This document shows positions 1 through 10,960 of a stretch of DNA of 64,000 nt, one piece after another. The position numbers and the translations under genes were made by a program. This DNA is from Deinococcus sp. (GTDB lineage: Bacteria > Deinococcota > Deinococci > Deinococcales > Deinococcaceae): the NCBI GenBank assembly GCA_965261005.1, contig OZ253375.1, positions 1,312,001-1,376,000 on the forward strand, given 5' to 3'. The notes beneath the pieces were generated by a model. It had not been told where the DNA came from and made no database searches. It worked only from the letters and a program-made list of their open reading frames with translations. Position 1 is the stretch's first letter; each line of letters starts with the position of its first letter.

Positions 1-861
1 GAGGGTGCTGCCCATGGTCACGACCAGGCTCTGAAGGGTCGCGTCCCGGGCGAGGTCGCCTCGCTGGCGCTGAATGTGCGTCACGCCCGCGCCCCAGTTC
101 TGCACGCTGACGTAGCGCAAATTGGCGCCGTCCCTCAGAATCAGCTCCACCGCCCCAAAGGCGAAGGTGCCGGGCAGCTCCGGGCTGTCGTACTCGTCAA
201 TAAAGGTGACCTTGCTGTTCACGTCCGCCACCACCAGGGTGCGCGTCGCCGTGAAGGTGCCCGCCTCGCCTTGCACCTGAAAGGCGCCCAGCGGGAGTTC
301 CACCTCCACCCCCCTCGGGACATACACGAAGGCGCCGTTGGTCCAGAGGGCGGCATTCAGCGCGCTGAACTTGCCCTCGGATGGGTCGGGGGACTTGCTG
401 GGCGTGGTGCCGGGGGCAGCGATGGTCGTATCGTCGGGCACCTGGGCGGGCACGGCGCTGTAGAGGTACTGCCGCACCAGGTCGGGGTGCGACTCCAACG
501 CAGACTTCAAATCTGTAAAAATCACGCCTTGCGCAGCCAATTTTCCCGGCACGTTCTGGTAGATCAGATCCGGCCCGTCGAAGACCAAGTAGCCGGCCAC
601 GTCGGTGCTTTGCAGGCGGGCGCGGACGGACTGGGGCAGCTCGGCTTCCCCCGACACCGGCGCCTTGCGAGTCGCGGGCCGCACCGTCCCGAAGTCGAGG
701 CCGGAGACGTCAGTGTACTTCCAGGCCTCGACGGTCGTGGCCGGCAGCTTCAGGGTGTGAAACAGTTCGAGCGCCGTCTGGCGGTACTCCCCCAGCCACG
801 CCGGACCGCCGAGTTGCTGGATGGTCTCTTTAGAAAAGGCTTTGTTGATGGTTTGGGTCAT
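1..861 (-). CDS. sufD: Fe-S cluster assembly protein SufD (3' end runs off window)
   Basis: Manual translation from ATG 861: MTQTINKAF...EAWKYTD...KFSALNAALWTNGAFVYVPRG...LRYVSVQNWG; SufB/D fold; lies downstream of sufC and sufB; missing from the ORF track because it is truncated. Confidence 0.92.
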   Translation of the reverse strand, partial: MTQTINKAFSKETIQQLGGPAWLGEYRQTALELFHTLKLPATTVEAWKYTDVSGLDFGTVRPATRKAPVSGEAELPQSVRARLQSTDVAGYLVFDGPDLIYQNVPGKLAAQGVIFTDLKSALESHPDLVRQYLYSAVPAQVPDDTTIAAPGTTPSKSPDPSEGKFSALNAALWTNGAFVYVPRGVEVELPLGAFQVQGEAGTFTATRTLVVADVNSKVTFIDEYDSPELPGTFAFGAVELILRDGANLRYVSVQNWGAGVTHIQRQRGDLARDATLQSLVVTMGSTL

Positions 862-1274
862 GGAACCTCCGGTTCTTCGGCTTGCCAGTCCGTGAGCTGC
901 AAACCGGGAATGCGCGAAAAATAGTCCGTGTTGTGGGTGACGAGGGTGGTGTTGTGCCGTAGCGCAGTCGCGGCGATCAGAAGATCGGCGTCTTCGATCA
1001 ACTTGCCCTGAACGCGCAGCGTTTCACAGAGGGAAGCGGCAATATCCACCGTTTCCTCGTCCATTTCTAGCGTGCTGTGCAGGGCGAGCAAGGCGTCAAG
1101 TACGCTGAGGCGACGTTGATAAAGAGGGTTTTGCAACTCCTTACGGGCCTCGTACCGAACCAGTGCAGGAACAGCAATCTCTTCGCCTGAATCCACGGCG
1201 AGCATATAAGTTGCGCGCACTTGCTCGTTGCGCTTTTGAAAGGCGATCAGAACGTTGGTGTCCAGAACCAGCAT
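858..1274 (-). CDS. vapC: PIN-domain toxin VapC
   Basis: LVLDTNVL...DADLLIAATALRHNTTLVTHN PIN motifs; its TGA overlaps the sufD ATG (ATGA). Confidence 0.92.
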   Translation of the reverse strand: MLVLDTNVLIAFQKRNEQVRATYMLAVDSGEEIAVPALVRYEARKELQNPLYQRRLSVLDALLALHSTLEMDEETVDIAASLCETLRVQGKLIEDADLLIAATALRHNTTLVTHNTDYFSRIPGLQLTDWQAEEPEVP

Positions 1275-1498
1275 CAGCCTTGCTCGACGCCAAGGGAGCG
1301 GAGTTGCACTCGCCTATTCAGGGCTGCCTCAAAGGCCGCTTCCTCTTCCGGGGTCCAGCCTTCCGCGAAAGCGTCCAACGCTGCGAGGTGACGTTCAACC
1401 CGCTCCCGCCGTTCCTGTTCCAAAAACTCTTGAAGCCGCTGGAGACTTTCCGGCGAGAGCCGATCTATTTGGTCGTGAAGTTCTTTGGGAACGGTCAT
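1274..1498 (-). CDS. Antitoxin (VapB-like) cognate to vapC
   Basis: Small acidic ORF with AGGAG RBS before ATG 1498; stop overlaps the vapC start (TGATG). Confidence 0.75.
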   Translation of the reverse strand: MTVPKELHDQIDRLSPESLQRLQEFLEQERRERVERHLAALDAFAEGWTPEEEAAFEAALNRRVQLRSLGVEQG

Positions 1499-1532
1499 AA
1501 CACTCCTATACAAATCCGAACCGCAAACGCCA

Positions 1533-1727
1533 CTACCCCAGCCCGAGCCTGCCCTTCATCTCTTCAAGCGAAACGGTCTGCTCGCCTCGGCCCTCACGAA
1601 CGGCCTGCCCGTCGTAAAGGTCTTCGAGAAGTCGCTCGTATTCCTCAACGGGAAGCAGGACGGCAATCTTTTTGCCCTGGGCGTCCGTCACGTACTGATG
1701 GGAATTAGGTTGCTTTGTGGTCGTCAT
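1533..1727 (-). CDS. Small antitoxin-like protein (orphan)
   Basis: QYVTDAQGKKIAVLLPVEEYERLLEDL...SLEEMK pattern typical of RelE/ParE-associated antitoxins; no adjacent RelE. Confidence 0.65.
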   Translation of the reverse strand: MTTTKQPNSHQYVTDAQGKKIAVLLPVEEYERLLEDLYDGQAVREGRGEQTVSLEEMKGRLGLG

Positions 1728-1759
1728 TCCTGCCTCACGTTTCAACAGCGCAACGTACT

Positions 1760-1795
1760 AAAAAGAGAAGGGAGGGGTGAACCGCCCTCCTCTTA
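1760..1795 (-). terminator. Putative intrinsic terminator after sufB
   Basis: Minus strand reads aagaggagggcgg-ttca-cccctcccttctc-ttttt. Confidence 0.5.
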
Positions 1796-1803
1796 TGGTG
1801 TCG

Positions 1804-3207
<1,404 letters not shown>

Positions 3208-3219
3208 GGGGAAAGCTCC

Positions 3220-3477
3220 TTACTCGTAGTGCGAGCGGCAAGCGATAACGGTGATGGCTTCGGGGGTAACGGCATAAACCAAACGGTGTTCGTCGGTGAT
3301 TCGTCTGGACCAGAACCCGGCGTACTCGTGCTTGAGCGGCTCTGGCTTACCACTGCCTTCAAAGGGTGTACGCAGACATTCATCCAGCAGACGGTGAAGT
3401 TTACGAAGCAACTTCGGTTGGTTGGCCTGTATCCAGAGATAATCGGTCCAACCTTTCGGGGTGAATGAGAGAATCAC
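3220..3477 (-). CDS. yoeB: Txe/YoeB family mRNA interferase toxin
   Basis: W.DYLW...PFEGSGKPEPLKH...WSRRITDEHRLVY...CRSHY. Confidence 0.95.
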   Translation of the reverse strand: MILSFTPKGWTDYLWIQANQPKLLRKLHRLLDECLRTPFEGSGKPEPLKHEYAGFWSRRITDEHRLVYAVTPEAITVIACRSHYE

Positions 3478-3755
3478 TTGGAAGGATGTTTCTCAAGCTC
3501 CTGAAGTTCCTGTATGGTCTTTTGAATTGTTTTGCCTTGGCGATACTCTTCTATGGATGCGAGCAAATGCCGTCGGTTCGCCGGATTGGACAGCAGATAG
3601 TCCGTTTCCTTCCAAGACTCATACTGCTTCAGGGGAATCAAGACGACGGCGTCCCCGGAATCGAGCGTCAGCACGGTTTCGTCGCAGTTGTCCACGGTTT
3701 CCTGAGCGATGCGTTCCAGGTGTTCTTTGGCGTACTTGAGGGAGTAGGCGCTCAT
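3474..3755 (-). CDS. yefM: Phd/YefM family antitoxin
   Basis: AVVLIPLKQYESWKETDYLLSNPANRRHL; GTGA overlap with yoeB. Confidence 0.92.
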   Translation of the reverse strand: MSAYSLKYAKEHLERIAQETVDNCDETVLTLDSGDAVVLIPLKQYESWKETDYLLSNPANRRHLLASIEEYRQGKTIQKTIQELQELEKHPSK

Positions 3756-3779
3756 AGTATTCGACGGACTCCTTTCTAC

Positions 3780-4247
3780 TTAAAGCTGGGTATAGATCAG
3801 ACAATATTCGCCGGACTGAGGGCGATGAACCACATACGTTTCGTTTGCACCCTTTGAATCGCTGTTGCCGTAAAAGCGTAATTCGGCGTCTGGAGACTTG
3901 AGGAGGGAGGCGCAGGCGTTCCAGCTTTCGTAAATATATCTGGTCGTGGCCGAACTATCCGATACGTAAGGCTGAAGCTTGAGTACCGGTCCGCCCCGAC
4001 CTTCGACGACGGCGGAATAAATCGTGTTGCCGATTAGGAAAGCGCCGTGCTGCTCGCTGAACGTCACCTTTGCCACGCGAGCATTTGAAAAGACGCCGTT
4101 CAAAGCGCGGTTGGGACGCAAGTGGGGAAACACGTTTGAGGCGTAGGTGCGTGCGGCGGCGAAGGTAAGCAAGGGCAAGCCGAGCAGCAGGGCCACGCCC
4201 AAAAGCGCGCCTCGCAGCAGGACTTTTTTTCCGCTTACCGTCGTCAC
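3780..4247 (-). CDS. Hypothetical membrane-anchored or secreted protein
   Basis: GGAG RBS before GTG; hydrophobic N-terminal segment; lower GC than the suf genes. Confidence 0.55.
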   Translation of the reverse strand: MTTVSGKKVLLRGALLGVALLLGLPLLTFAAARTYASNVFPHLRPNRALNGVFSNARVAKVTFSEQHGAFLIGNTIYSAVVEGRGGPVLKLQPYVSDSSATTRYIYESWNACASLLKSPDAELRFYGNSDSKGANETYVVHRPQSGEYCLIYTQL

Positions 4248-4279
4248 GTCGTCTCCTAGAGATTGCCTGGATGAATAGA

Positions 4280-4625
4280 CTATTGCCCGGCAACGGCAAT
4301 TGAAGAATCTGCGGTCTTTTCAAGAATGGAACGCAAGGTCCACTCCTGGCTGGAACCGTCGGCGGGCGGATTGGGAATCGCGCGAACATTGATGCTCAAC
4401 TTGTACCGAAAGCCCGGCTCATACGAAAAGCCTCGAACGCTCTGAAGTTCATACTGCCACTTGTCTTCGGGGTGATTCTTGACCAAGAAACAGCTGACCT
4501 CGACGTTTCCAACCGGCTCCCGGCAAGGTGCGGTGTTCTGAGCGACGTACAACGTCCGAATCTCGGGCTGGCTCAGGTTGCCACAAGCGCTCAAGAAGAG
4601 GGCGACGCCGAACACCGCAACGCTT

Positions 4626-4633
<8 letters not shown>
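4280..4633 (-). CDS. DUF4377-like lipoprotein
   Basis: Lipobox LSAC; TLYVA...C...CFLVK...W...[12 protein letters not shown]...PPADGSS pattern; start overlaps sufC stop. Confidence 0.8.
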
Positions 4634-5381
<748 letters not shown>

Positions 5382-5448
5382 GCAAGCTCCTTAACACTCT
5401 TATTGAGAAGGGTTCCTACTTGACACAGTCTAACAAAACGGGCCGCAT

Positions 5449-5473
5449 AAAGTCGAGTAAAACGCTCGGGATT
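5449..5473. promoter_or_regulatory. Candidate Rrf2/IscR-type operator over the sufC -35 region
   Basis: AAAGTCGAGTAAAACGCTCGGGATT (core CGAG-N7-CTCG); minus-strand TAGACT -10 at 5427-5432. Confidence 0.45.
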
Positions 5474-5601
5474 GCTGTAGCCTCCGCTCACATCGGGCCG
5501 TTCTACCGGGTGGCAGCAGAAGAGACGAATTTGGTTTTTAATCAAATGTTTATAAACCTATGATCTAAGAAGAATGTGCTGAGCATGTGCCATGCTCATA
5601 T

Positions 5602-7095
5602 GTGAACTTTAATAAAATTAAGAAAGACGCAGGCTTCGGAATTCCGTCCTCATCATGTTGGTCCTCTTCTCCGGGGCGCGCTGGTGCGCTGGGACTCACG
5701 CTGCTGCTGACCCTCGCGGCTTGCTCCCAAGCACCCACTCCCCAGAAAGATAAGCAGGGGCGCACCGCGGGCGCGCTCGTTGAGTCGCAGAGCCTTTTTG
5801 GCATCAAGCCTACGCCCATCATTGACCCGGCGCGCGAACTGGTCATCACCGACCTGAGCGTGACCGAGGACCCGGTGCGCACCACCTACGTTTCTCCCGA
5901 GAAAAAGCTGAGCAACAAGGCGGGCGTCTGGAGCTTCGGCCGCTTGATGGAGCAGATGGCCGGCGGAAAAGACGCGTCCGCGTTGGTGCTGAGCTGGCTC
6001 TCCAACTGGGAGCAGGACCAAAATGTCAACGGCTTTTCCTCGCCCGCACGGGCCAGCATCCGCAGCTTGGTGACCGACCCGTGGCTGGTGGCGAGCGGCT
6101 GTGCGGCCGGCGCGAGCGACTGCCAGCTCGACTTCAGCAAGGCGCCCTTCCGGCTGTTGGCCGTCACCAACCGGCTTGACCTGCGCCAAGTGCAGGCCCA
6201 GGCGCTCAAAAAGAATGGGAAGAAAAAGAAACCGGTTGTGGTGAACGCCGGCGAGGGCCGCTTCAGCTTCGAGGTCATCGGCCCGACCGGCAACCCGCTC
6301 GCCTTTAGCGTCATTCTGGAGTACCGCCAGAAGGCCACCAGCAACAGGGACATCAAAAAGCTCGCGCGCGCGTGGCACAAGCTGGGCAGCATGCCCTTTG
6401 GCGAGGACTACAACGCCGCCTTGCAAGCCCTGACCCTGAGCTTCGCCGGACAAGGCGTGATGCCGGAACGCCCGAACGGCAGCGCCATCAACCAAGTGCG
6501 CACCAACGAGGCCTCGCTCGCGCCGGCGGGCAGCGATCCCAACAACCCGCCCGCCCAAAAGCTGTGGGAGATGCGCGAGTTCAACCTCGGCGCCGACGGC
6601 TCGCTGCACCAAGTCACCGTCAAGGAAAACCCCGACCTCAGCCTGAACGGCTCGCAGGCTTTGGCGGACTTCCTCAATGCCAACCAGCTCAAGGCCAATC
6701 AGGGTGCCGCGGGACCGAAAAGCGTGCCTGATGCGTGGCTGGGCGCCGGCGCCATCACGCCGGCCAACCTGGCTTGGAGCGCGCCCGGCGCCAGCGAGGA
6801 CGCGCGCCACACCTTCGCCATCAACACCTGTGGCGGCTGCCACAAGTCCGAGACCGGCACCAATTTCTTGCACTTCGGCCGGCGCGTTGCCGGTCAGGCC
6901 ACCCCGGTGTCCGACTGGCTCGCCAACACCGACACGCCCCGCCGCGTGGCGGACTTGGCGGCGCTGCTCGGCAAGCATGGCGCCGTAAGCGGCCCCACCA
7001 CGAGCACCAACTCGTCCGGCGCGCTTGAAACCGGCGGCTCGTCCGACGACGAGCCGGTCGTGCCGTCTAACATCGACGCGAACCGCGTTCACTGA
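5602..7095 (+). CDS. Hypothetical lipoprotein with a single CxxCH heme-binding motif
   Basis: Lipobox LAAC; NTCGGCHK near the C-terminus; start uncertain (GTG 5587 or 5602). Confidence 0.75.
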   Translation: MNFNKIKKDAGFGIPSSSCWSSSPGRAGALGLTLLLTLAACSQAPTPQKDKQGRTAGALVESQSLFGIKPTPIIDPARELVITDLSVTEDPVRTTYVSPEKKLSNKAGVWSFGRLMEQMAGGKDASALVLSWLSNWEQDQNVNGFSSPARASIRSLVTDPWLVASGCAAGASDCQLDFSKAPFRLLAVTNRLDLRQVQAQALKKNGKKKKPVVVNAGEGRFSFEVIGPTGNPLAFSVILEYRQKATSNRDIKKLARAWHKLGSMPFGEDYNAALQALTLSFAGQGVMPERPNGSAINQVRTNEASLAPAGSDPNNPPAQKLWEMREFNLGADGSLHQVTVKENPDLSLNGSQALADFLNANQLKANQGAAGPKSVPDAWLGAGAITPANLAWSAPGASEDARHTFAINTCGGCHKSETGTNFLHFGRRVAGQATPVSDWLANTDTPRRVADLAALLGKHGAVSGPTTSTNSSGALETGGSSDDEPVVPSNIDANRVH

Positions 7096-7190
7096 GCATG
7101 CTGCCCGTGGAGTCCTGATGGTGGGGAGTTCTGGACGCGTGAGGACCATCTTCACCCGCCCCAGACACCGATGTGTTAGCTGTAGAGCAC

Positions 7191-7892
7191 ATGAACATCG
7201 CTGACTTGGTTCGGGCGGCGGGGCCGCTGCTGTGGGTCCTTGGCGCGCTCTCCCTCTACGTCGTGTATCTGATCGCCGTGCGAATTCAGGTGCTTTCCCG
7301 GCTCTCCAAGGACCCCACGCTCACCTTCACGCGCGTTCACGCGGCGCTGATGCAGCAGGACGTGGCGGGCGCCCAGCGAGAGGCGGCGCGGCTGGCCTCC
7401 CCGGCCGGCAACGTGCTGCGCGCCGGCGTGGACCGCGCCCCGGCGGGCGTCGCCTCCGCCGAGGCGGCCATGAACGAGGCCATGTTGCTCGAAGAGCAGC
7501 GCCTCTACGCGGGGCTGGGCACCCTCGGCACGGTCGCGCAGATCGCGCCGCTGCTGGGCCTGCTGGGCACCGTCTTCGGCATGGTGCGCTCGTTTCTGGT
7601 GTTCTCGGTGGCGCAGAGTCCCACGCCGGCGCAGCTCTCGACCGGCATCAGCGAGGCGCTGGTGAACACGGCGGGCGGGCTGCTGGTCGCCATCGTCGCC
7701 TACGTGGCGCGCGGCGCCCTGCGTGCGAAGGCCGACGCCGTGGCCCTGCACGCCGAGCGGGCGCGCGAGACCTTGCCCGCCTGGCTGGGCGAGATGCAGC
7801 TGCGGCGCGAAGGGGTGCTGACCGGCGCCCCGATCATGATGTACGAGTTCGATGGAAGCCCCGCGCCGGCCAACGAGGGGGTGCGGGCGTGA
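7191..7892 (+). CDS. exbB: MotA/TolQ/ExbB proton channel protein
   Basis: APLLGLLGTVFGM...GISEALVNTAGGLLVAI. Confidence 0.9.
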   Translation: MNIADLVRAAGPLLWVLGALSLYVVYLIAVRIQVLSRLSKDPTLTFTRVHAALMQQDVAGAQREAARLASPAGNVLRAGVDRAPAGVASAEAAMNEAMLLEEQRLYAGLGTLGTVAQIAPLLGLLGTVFGMVRSFLVFSVAQSPTPAQLSTGISEALVNTAGGLLVAIVAYVARGALRAKADAVALHAERARETLPAWLGEMQLRREGVLTGAPIMMYEFDGSPAPANEGVRA

Positions 7893-8317
7893 CCCAGCGG
7901 AGCGTTCGACGGCCGCGCTCCAGGGCGCGGTCGCAGGGGGAGGCGGGCGTCACCTTCGACTTCGCGCCGATGGTGGACGTGGTGCTGCTGCTGGTGATCT
8001 TCTTCATGTTGACCAGCAACTTCGCCGCCCGCCAAAAGGCGCTGCCGCTGGACCTCCCGAGAGCGAGCAGCGCCGTCACCGACAGCGCCCAGATTCCGAC
8101 CGTGAGCGTGGACCGCGCCGGCAAGCTGTATCTGGAGGGCAACCCGGTCACCCTTGCCAAGCTGGAGGCCACTTTGCGCCCGCTGGCGACCAAGTCGGGC
8201 GGCGTGGTCGCCCTGCGCGCCGACGAGCGCGGCAACTACGGCCAGGTCGTGAACGTGATCGACGCGATCAAGCGCGCGGGGGGTGAGCGGCTTGCCCTCG
8301 GCACCCGCCGCGAGTAG
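7889..8317 (+). CDS. exbD: ExbD/TolR family protein
   Basis: PMVDVVLLLVIFFM...LDLP...VALRAD...YGQVVNVIDAIKRAG; GTGA overlap with exbB. Confidence 0.9.
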   Translation: MTQRSVRRPRSRARSQGEAGVTFDFAPMVDVVLLLVIFFMLTSNFAARQKALPLDLPRASSAVTDSAQIPTVSVDRAGKLYLEGNPVTLAKLEATLRPLATKSGGVVALRADERGNYGQVVNVIDAIKRAGGERLALGTRRE

Positions 8318-10100
8318 ACCCGTAACTCACCGCCGCGAGCTGAGTGCGGAGCGGCGCCGGGCGCTGGGCGTCACGCTGGTCCTGCATGCCGCCGTGGTGC
8401 TGGGCTTGCTGGGGTGGCAGCTTTCGCGGCCCGTTCCGGCGCCGCCGGCGGAGGCCCCGCTGGAGGTGGTAACGCTGGCCCCGGAGCCGGTCAGGCCCAT
8501 TCAGGCCAAACCGGTTCAAAACAAGCCGGTCGCCGTCCCAAGACCCGAGGCGGTGCCGACCAAGCCCCTCGGCGTCAAGCCGCCGGTCGTGAAGCCGCCC
8601 GCGCCACAACCCGCCCTTCCCAAAGCCGCCGTGAAGCCGCCCCAACCTAAGCCGCAACCCAAACCGCAGCCCAGCGCACAGGGCGGGCAACCGCGCGCCG
8701 CCCGGCCGGGAACGGCCAGTCGAGAAGCCGCCCGCAGCGCGCCACAGCGGACACCGGCGCCTGCCCCAGCCGAAGCGGCCCCGGCGCGCCCGGCCGGGGC
8801 GCCCAGCACGCCCATCGCGGCGCTGCCCACCCGCGAGCGGGTGCGCGCCCAGGCCGAGGCAGAGGCTCAGCGTCAGGCCGAGCGGCCCGAGCCGGCGCCG
8901 GCGGCTGCGGCGGCGGGGACCTTTCCCAGGACGGCAACGCCGGCGACGCCCGAGGTGGCCGAGGCCCCTCAGCGAACGGCCCCTGACCAGGCCGCTCCAA
9001 ACGCCCAGCCGGAGGCGGCCGTGCGGGTGCCGGCCTTCAGCGCGCCCACGCCGGCCGAGTCCTCCCAGGCCGAGAACGCCGCCCCGCGCGCCGGAACGAC
9101 CATCACCGCGCCGGAAGCGCCCAGAAGCGCCGCGTTGGGGGCGCCCTCTCCCCTGCCCTTAGAACCGGCCAGAACCGCCGAGCTGCCCGCGCCCGCCGCC
9201 AACCGCGAGGCGAGCGCCCCGGTGCAGAGGCCGGCGCCCGAGACGGGCGAGGCCGCCGCGCCGCGCACGACCGCCCCGAAAGTCGCGCAGGCCAGCCCGG
9301 CGCCCACCCGTTCTACGGCGAACGTTCCGGCGGCGTCTGCCAGCGCGGCCCCGCCCCCCACGAGCGCCGCCGAACCGGCCCGCCCAGCCCCGGAGGTGGC
9401 CGCCCCAAGCACGGCGGCGCGCGGGCCGGTCGTCTCGGCCATACCGGACACCGGCCGTGGCCTGGGGGCGGTGGCCGGTCCCAGCGCAGGCAGTGCCAGC
9501 ACGCCGGGGGGGAGGATTACGTCGGATACTGGCGCGGTTCCCCGCCAAGCGCCCCCCGGTCCCAGCGGCGGCGCCGGTGAGGCTGGCTTACCGCGCGGTC
9601 AGACCGGCGGCGGAAACGGCGCCGGCACGGTGGGAGAAGGCGGCCCCGGCCGCCCTGGCGGCTCCGGCTCTGGAAGCGGCGCGGGCGGCGAACAGGGCCG
9701 TGGTCAGGGCGGCAGCGGCGGGACAGCGGCCGGCGAGGCCACCCCCTTCGCCTGCACGGTGGCCGTGGACGTGCGCGGCGCGGGCGGCAACTTCCAGTCG
9801 GCCATGACCTCCTTTGTGCTCGACGCGGGAGGCGCGCAGCTGTGGCCGGACGCCGCCCTGGTGAAGGGTGTGGACTCACAACTGGTGAACGAGGGGAACC
9901 TTCAGCAGTACGTCCGCAGCGAGGCCGACTTGTCCAAGTACCCCGACGTCACCTTGGTCAAAGCCGCCAAAGTGTTGCCGCCCAAGGGCACCCAGGCCAA
10001 GTTCTACGACACGGATGCGGTGCTGGGCGCCGCCGAGGCCGCCAAGTTCAGGGCCGCCGGCAAAGCCTGCCGGGTCGTCTACCTGATGTCGCCCAAGTAA
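8283..10100 (+). CDS. TonB/TolA-like Pro/Ala-rich energy transducer with atypical C-terminal domain
   Basis: N-terminal TM with TLVLH (SxxxH-like), roughly 400 aa Pro/Ala linker, Gly-rich spacer, globular C-terminus; follows exbBD. Confidence 0.75.
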   Translation: MSGLPSAPAASRPVTHRRELSAERRRALGVTLVLHAAVVLGLLGWQLSRPVPAPPAEAPLEVVTLAPEPVRPIQAKPVQNKPVAVPRPEAVPTKPLGVKPPVVKPPAPQPALPKAAVKPPQPKPQPKPQPSAQGGQPRAARPGTASREAARSAPQRTPAPAPAEAAPARPAGAPSTPIAALPTRERVRAQAEAEAQRQAERPEPAPAAAAAGTFPRTATPATPEVAEAPQRTAPDQAAPNAQPEAAVRVPAFSAPTPAESSQAENAAPRAGTTITAPEAPRSAALGAPSPLPLEPARTAELPAPAANREASAPVQRPAPETGEAAAPRTTAPKVAQASPAPTRSTANVPAASASAAPPPTSAAEPARPAPEVAAPSTAARGPVVSAIPDTGRGLGAVAGPSAGSASTPGGRITSDTGAVPRQAPPGPSGGAGEAGLPRGQTGGGNGAGTVGEGGPGRPGGSGSGSGAGGEQGRGQGGSGGTAAGEATPFACTVAVDVRGAGGNFQSAMTSFVLDAGGAQLWPDAALVKGVDSQLVNEGNLQQYVRSEADLSKYPDVTLVKAAKVLPPKGTQAKFYDTDAVLGAAEAAKFRAAGKACRVVYLMSPK

Positions 10101-10192
10101 TTCAGCCAAGTGACTCAGCTCCACATCAGCCGGCCATCATTTATGCCCTCTAGCTTGAACGCGAACCGACGTTCTATTCCCAAGGAGTGCCC

Positions 10193-10897
10193 GTGAAGAC
10201 ATCCCCCCTTCCCCTCGCCCTGCTCGCCGCCACCCTGCTGTCCGGCCCCGCCCTCGCCTGGGTGCCGGCCCTGGACGCCACCTCGGCCAAGACCGTGATT
10301 GACAGCGCCTACAACCGTTCCGCCACCCCGGTCAAGACTTTTCTGAGCGTGGACCTCTCGGTCAAGGACGGGCAGTTCGCGGCGGGAGATAACGCCGTCA
10401 AGGTCTTCGATGGCGGCGACGCCTGCCTGAGCGACTGGCGCCAAAACCCGACCGACTACGCCAAGTTCGGCAGCCGCCCCAGCAACATCACCGTCACCGG
10501 GCAGGCCGACGAGCTGTTCCTGCAGGCCCAGCAGGCGAGGGACCAGTTCAAGAACCTGACCGTGCAGGACGCCCTCAAGCCCGACGACAACCGCCTGCCC
10601 GCCGGCAATTTGCGGGTGTACGTTCAGATGCGGGGCCTGAGCGATCAGAAGCTGCGCGACGCCTACAACGTCGCCATTCGCACGGCCGACGGCAAGATCG
10701 TGCAGCCGGTGAGGCGCGCCTTTACCAGCGACTGGAAGCAGGAGGGCGGCGCCCTCTGGAGCGGCACGATGGTCTACTACTTCGACGCGGCGGGCGCCGG
10801 CGTGAAGCCAGACGGCCAGTTGGACGTGCTTCTCAGGACCGAGGCGGACAGCAACTGCGCCTATCAGGTGCAGGCGGACCTCAGCAAGTTCTACTGA
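10193..10897 (+). CDS. Secreted hypothetical protein
   Basis: AAGGAG RBS; signal peptide ending ALA-W; strong GC3 codon bias. Confidence 0.8.
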   Translation: MKTSPLPLALLAATLLSGPALAWVPALDATSAKTVIDSAYNRSATPVKTFLSVDLSVKDGQFAAGDNAVKVFDGGDACLSDWRQNPTDYAKFGSRPSNITVTGQADELFLQAQQARDQFKNLTVQDALKPDDNRLPAGNLRVYVQMRGLSDQKLRDAYNVAIRTADGKIVQPVRRAFTSDWKQEGGALWSGTMVYYFDAAGAGVKPDGQLDVLLRTEADSNCAYQVQADLSKFY

Positions 10898-10960
10898 GCG
10901 TCTGTTCGGGGTGGCGGGCTGATCTTCGGCCCGCCGCTTTCTCTTGCCTAGAATGCCCCC

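Noticed and set aside
5395..5420. TATTGAGAAGGGTTCCTA as a Fur/PerR box in the sufC leader
   Set aside because: Only one convincing half-site; cannot be supported without comparative data
8500..9750. Repetitive GC-rich tract as a tandem repeat or CRISPR array
   Set aside because: Low-complexity Pro/Ala/Gly coding sequence; no fixed repeat-spacer periodicity and no cas genes
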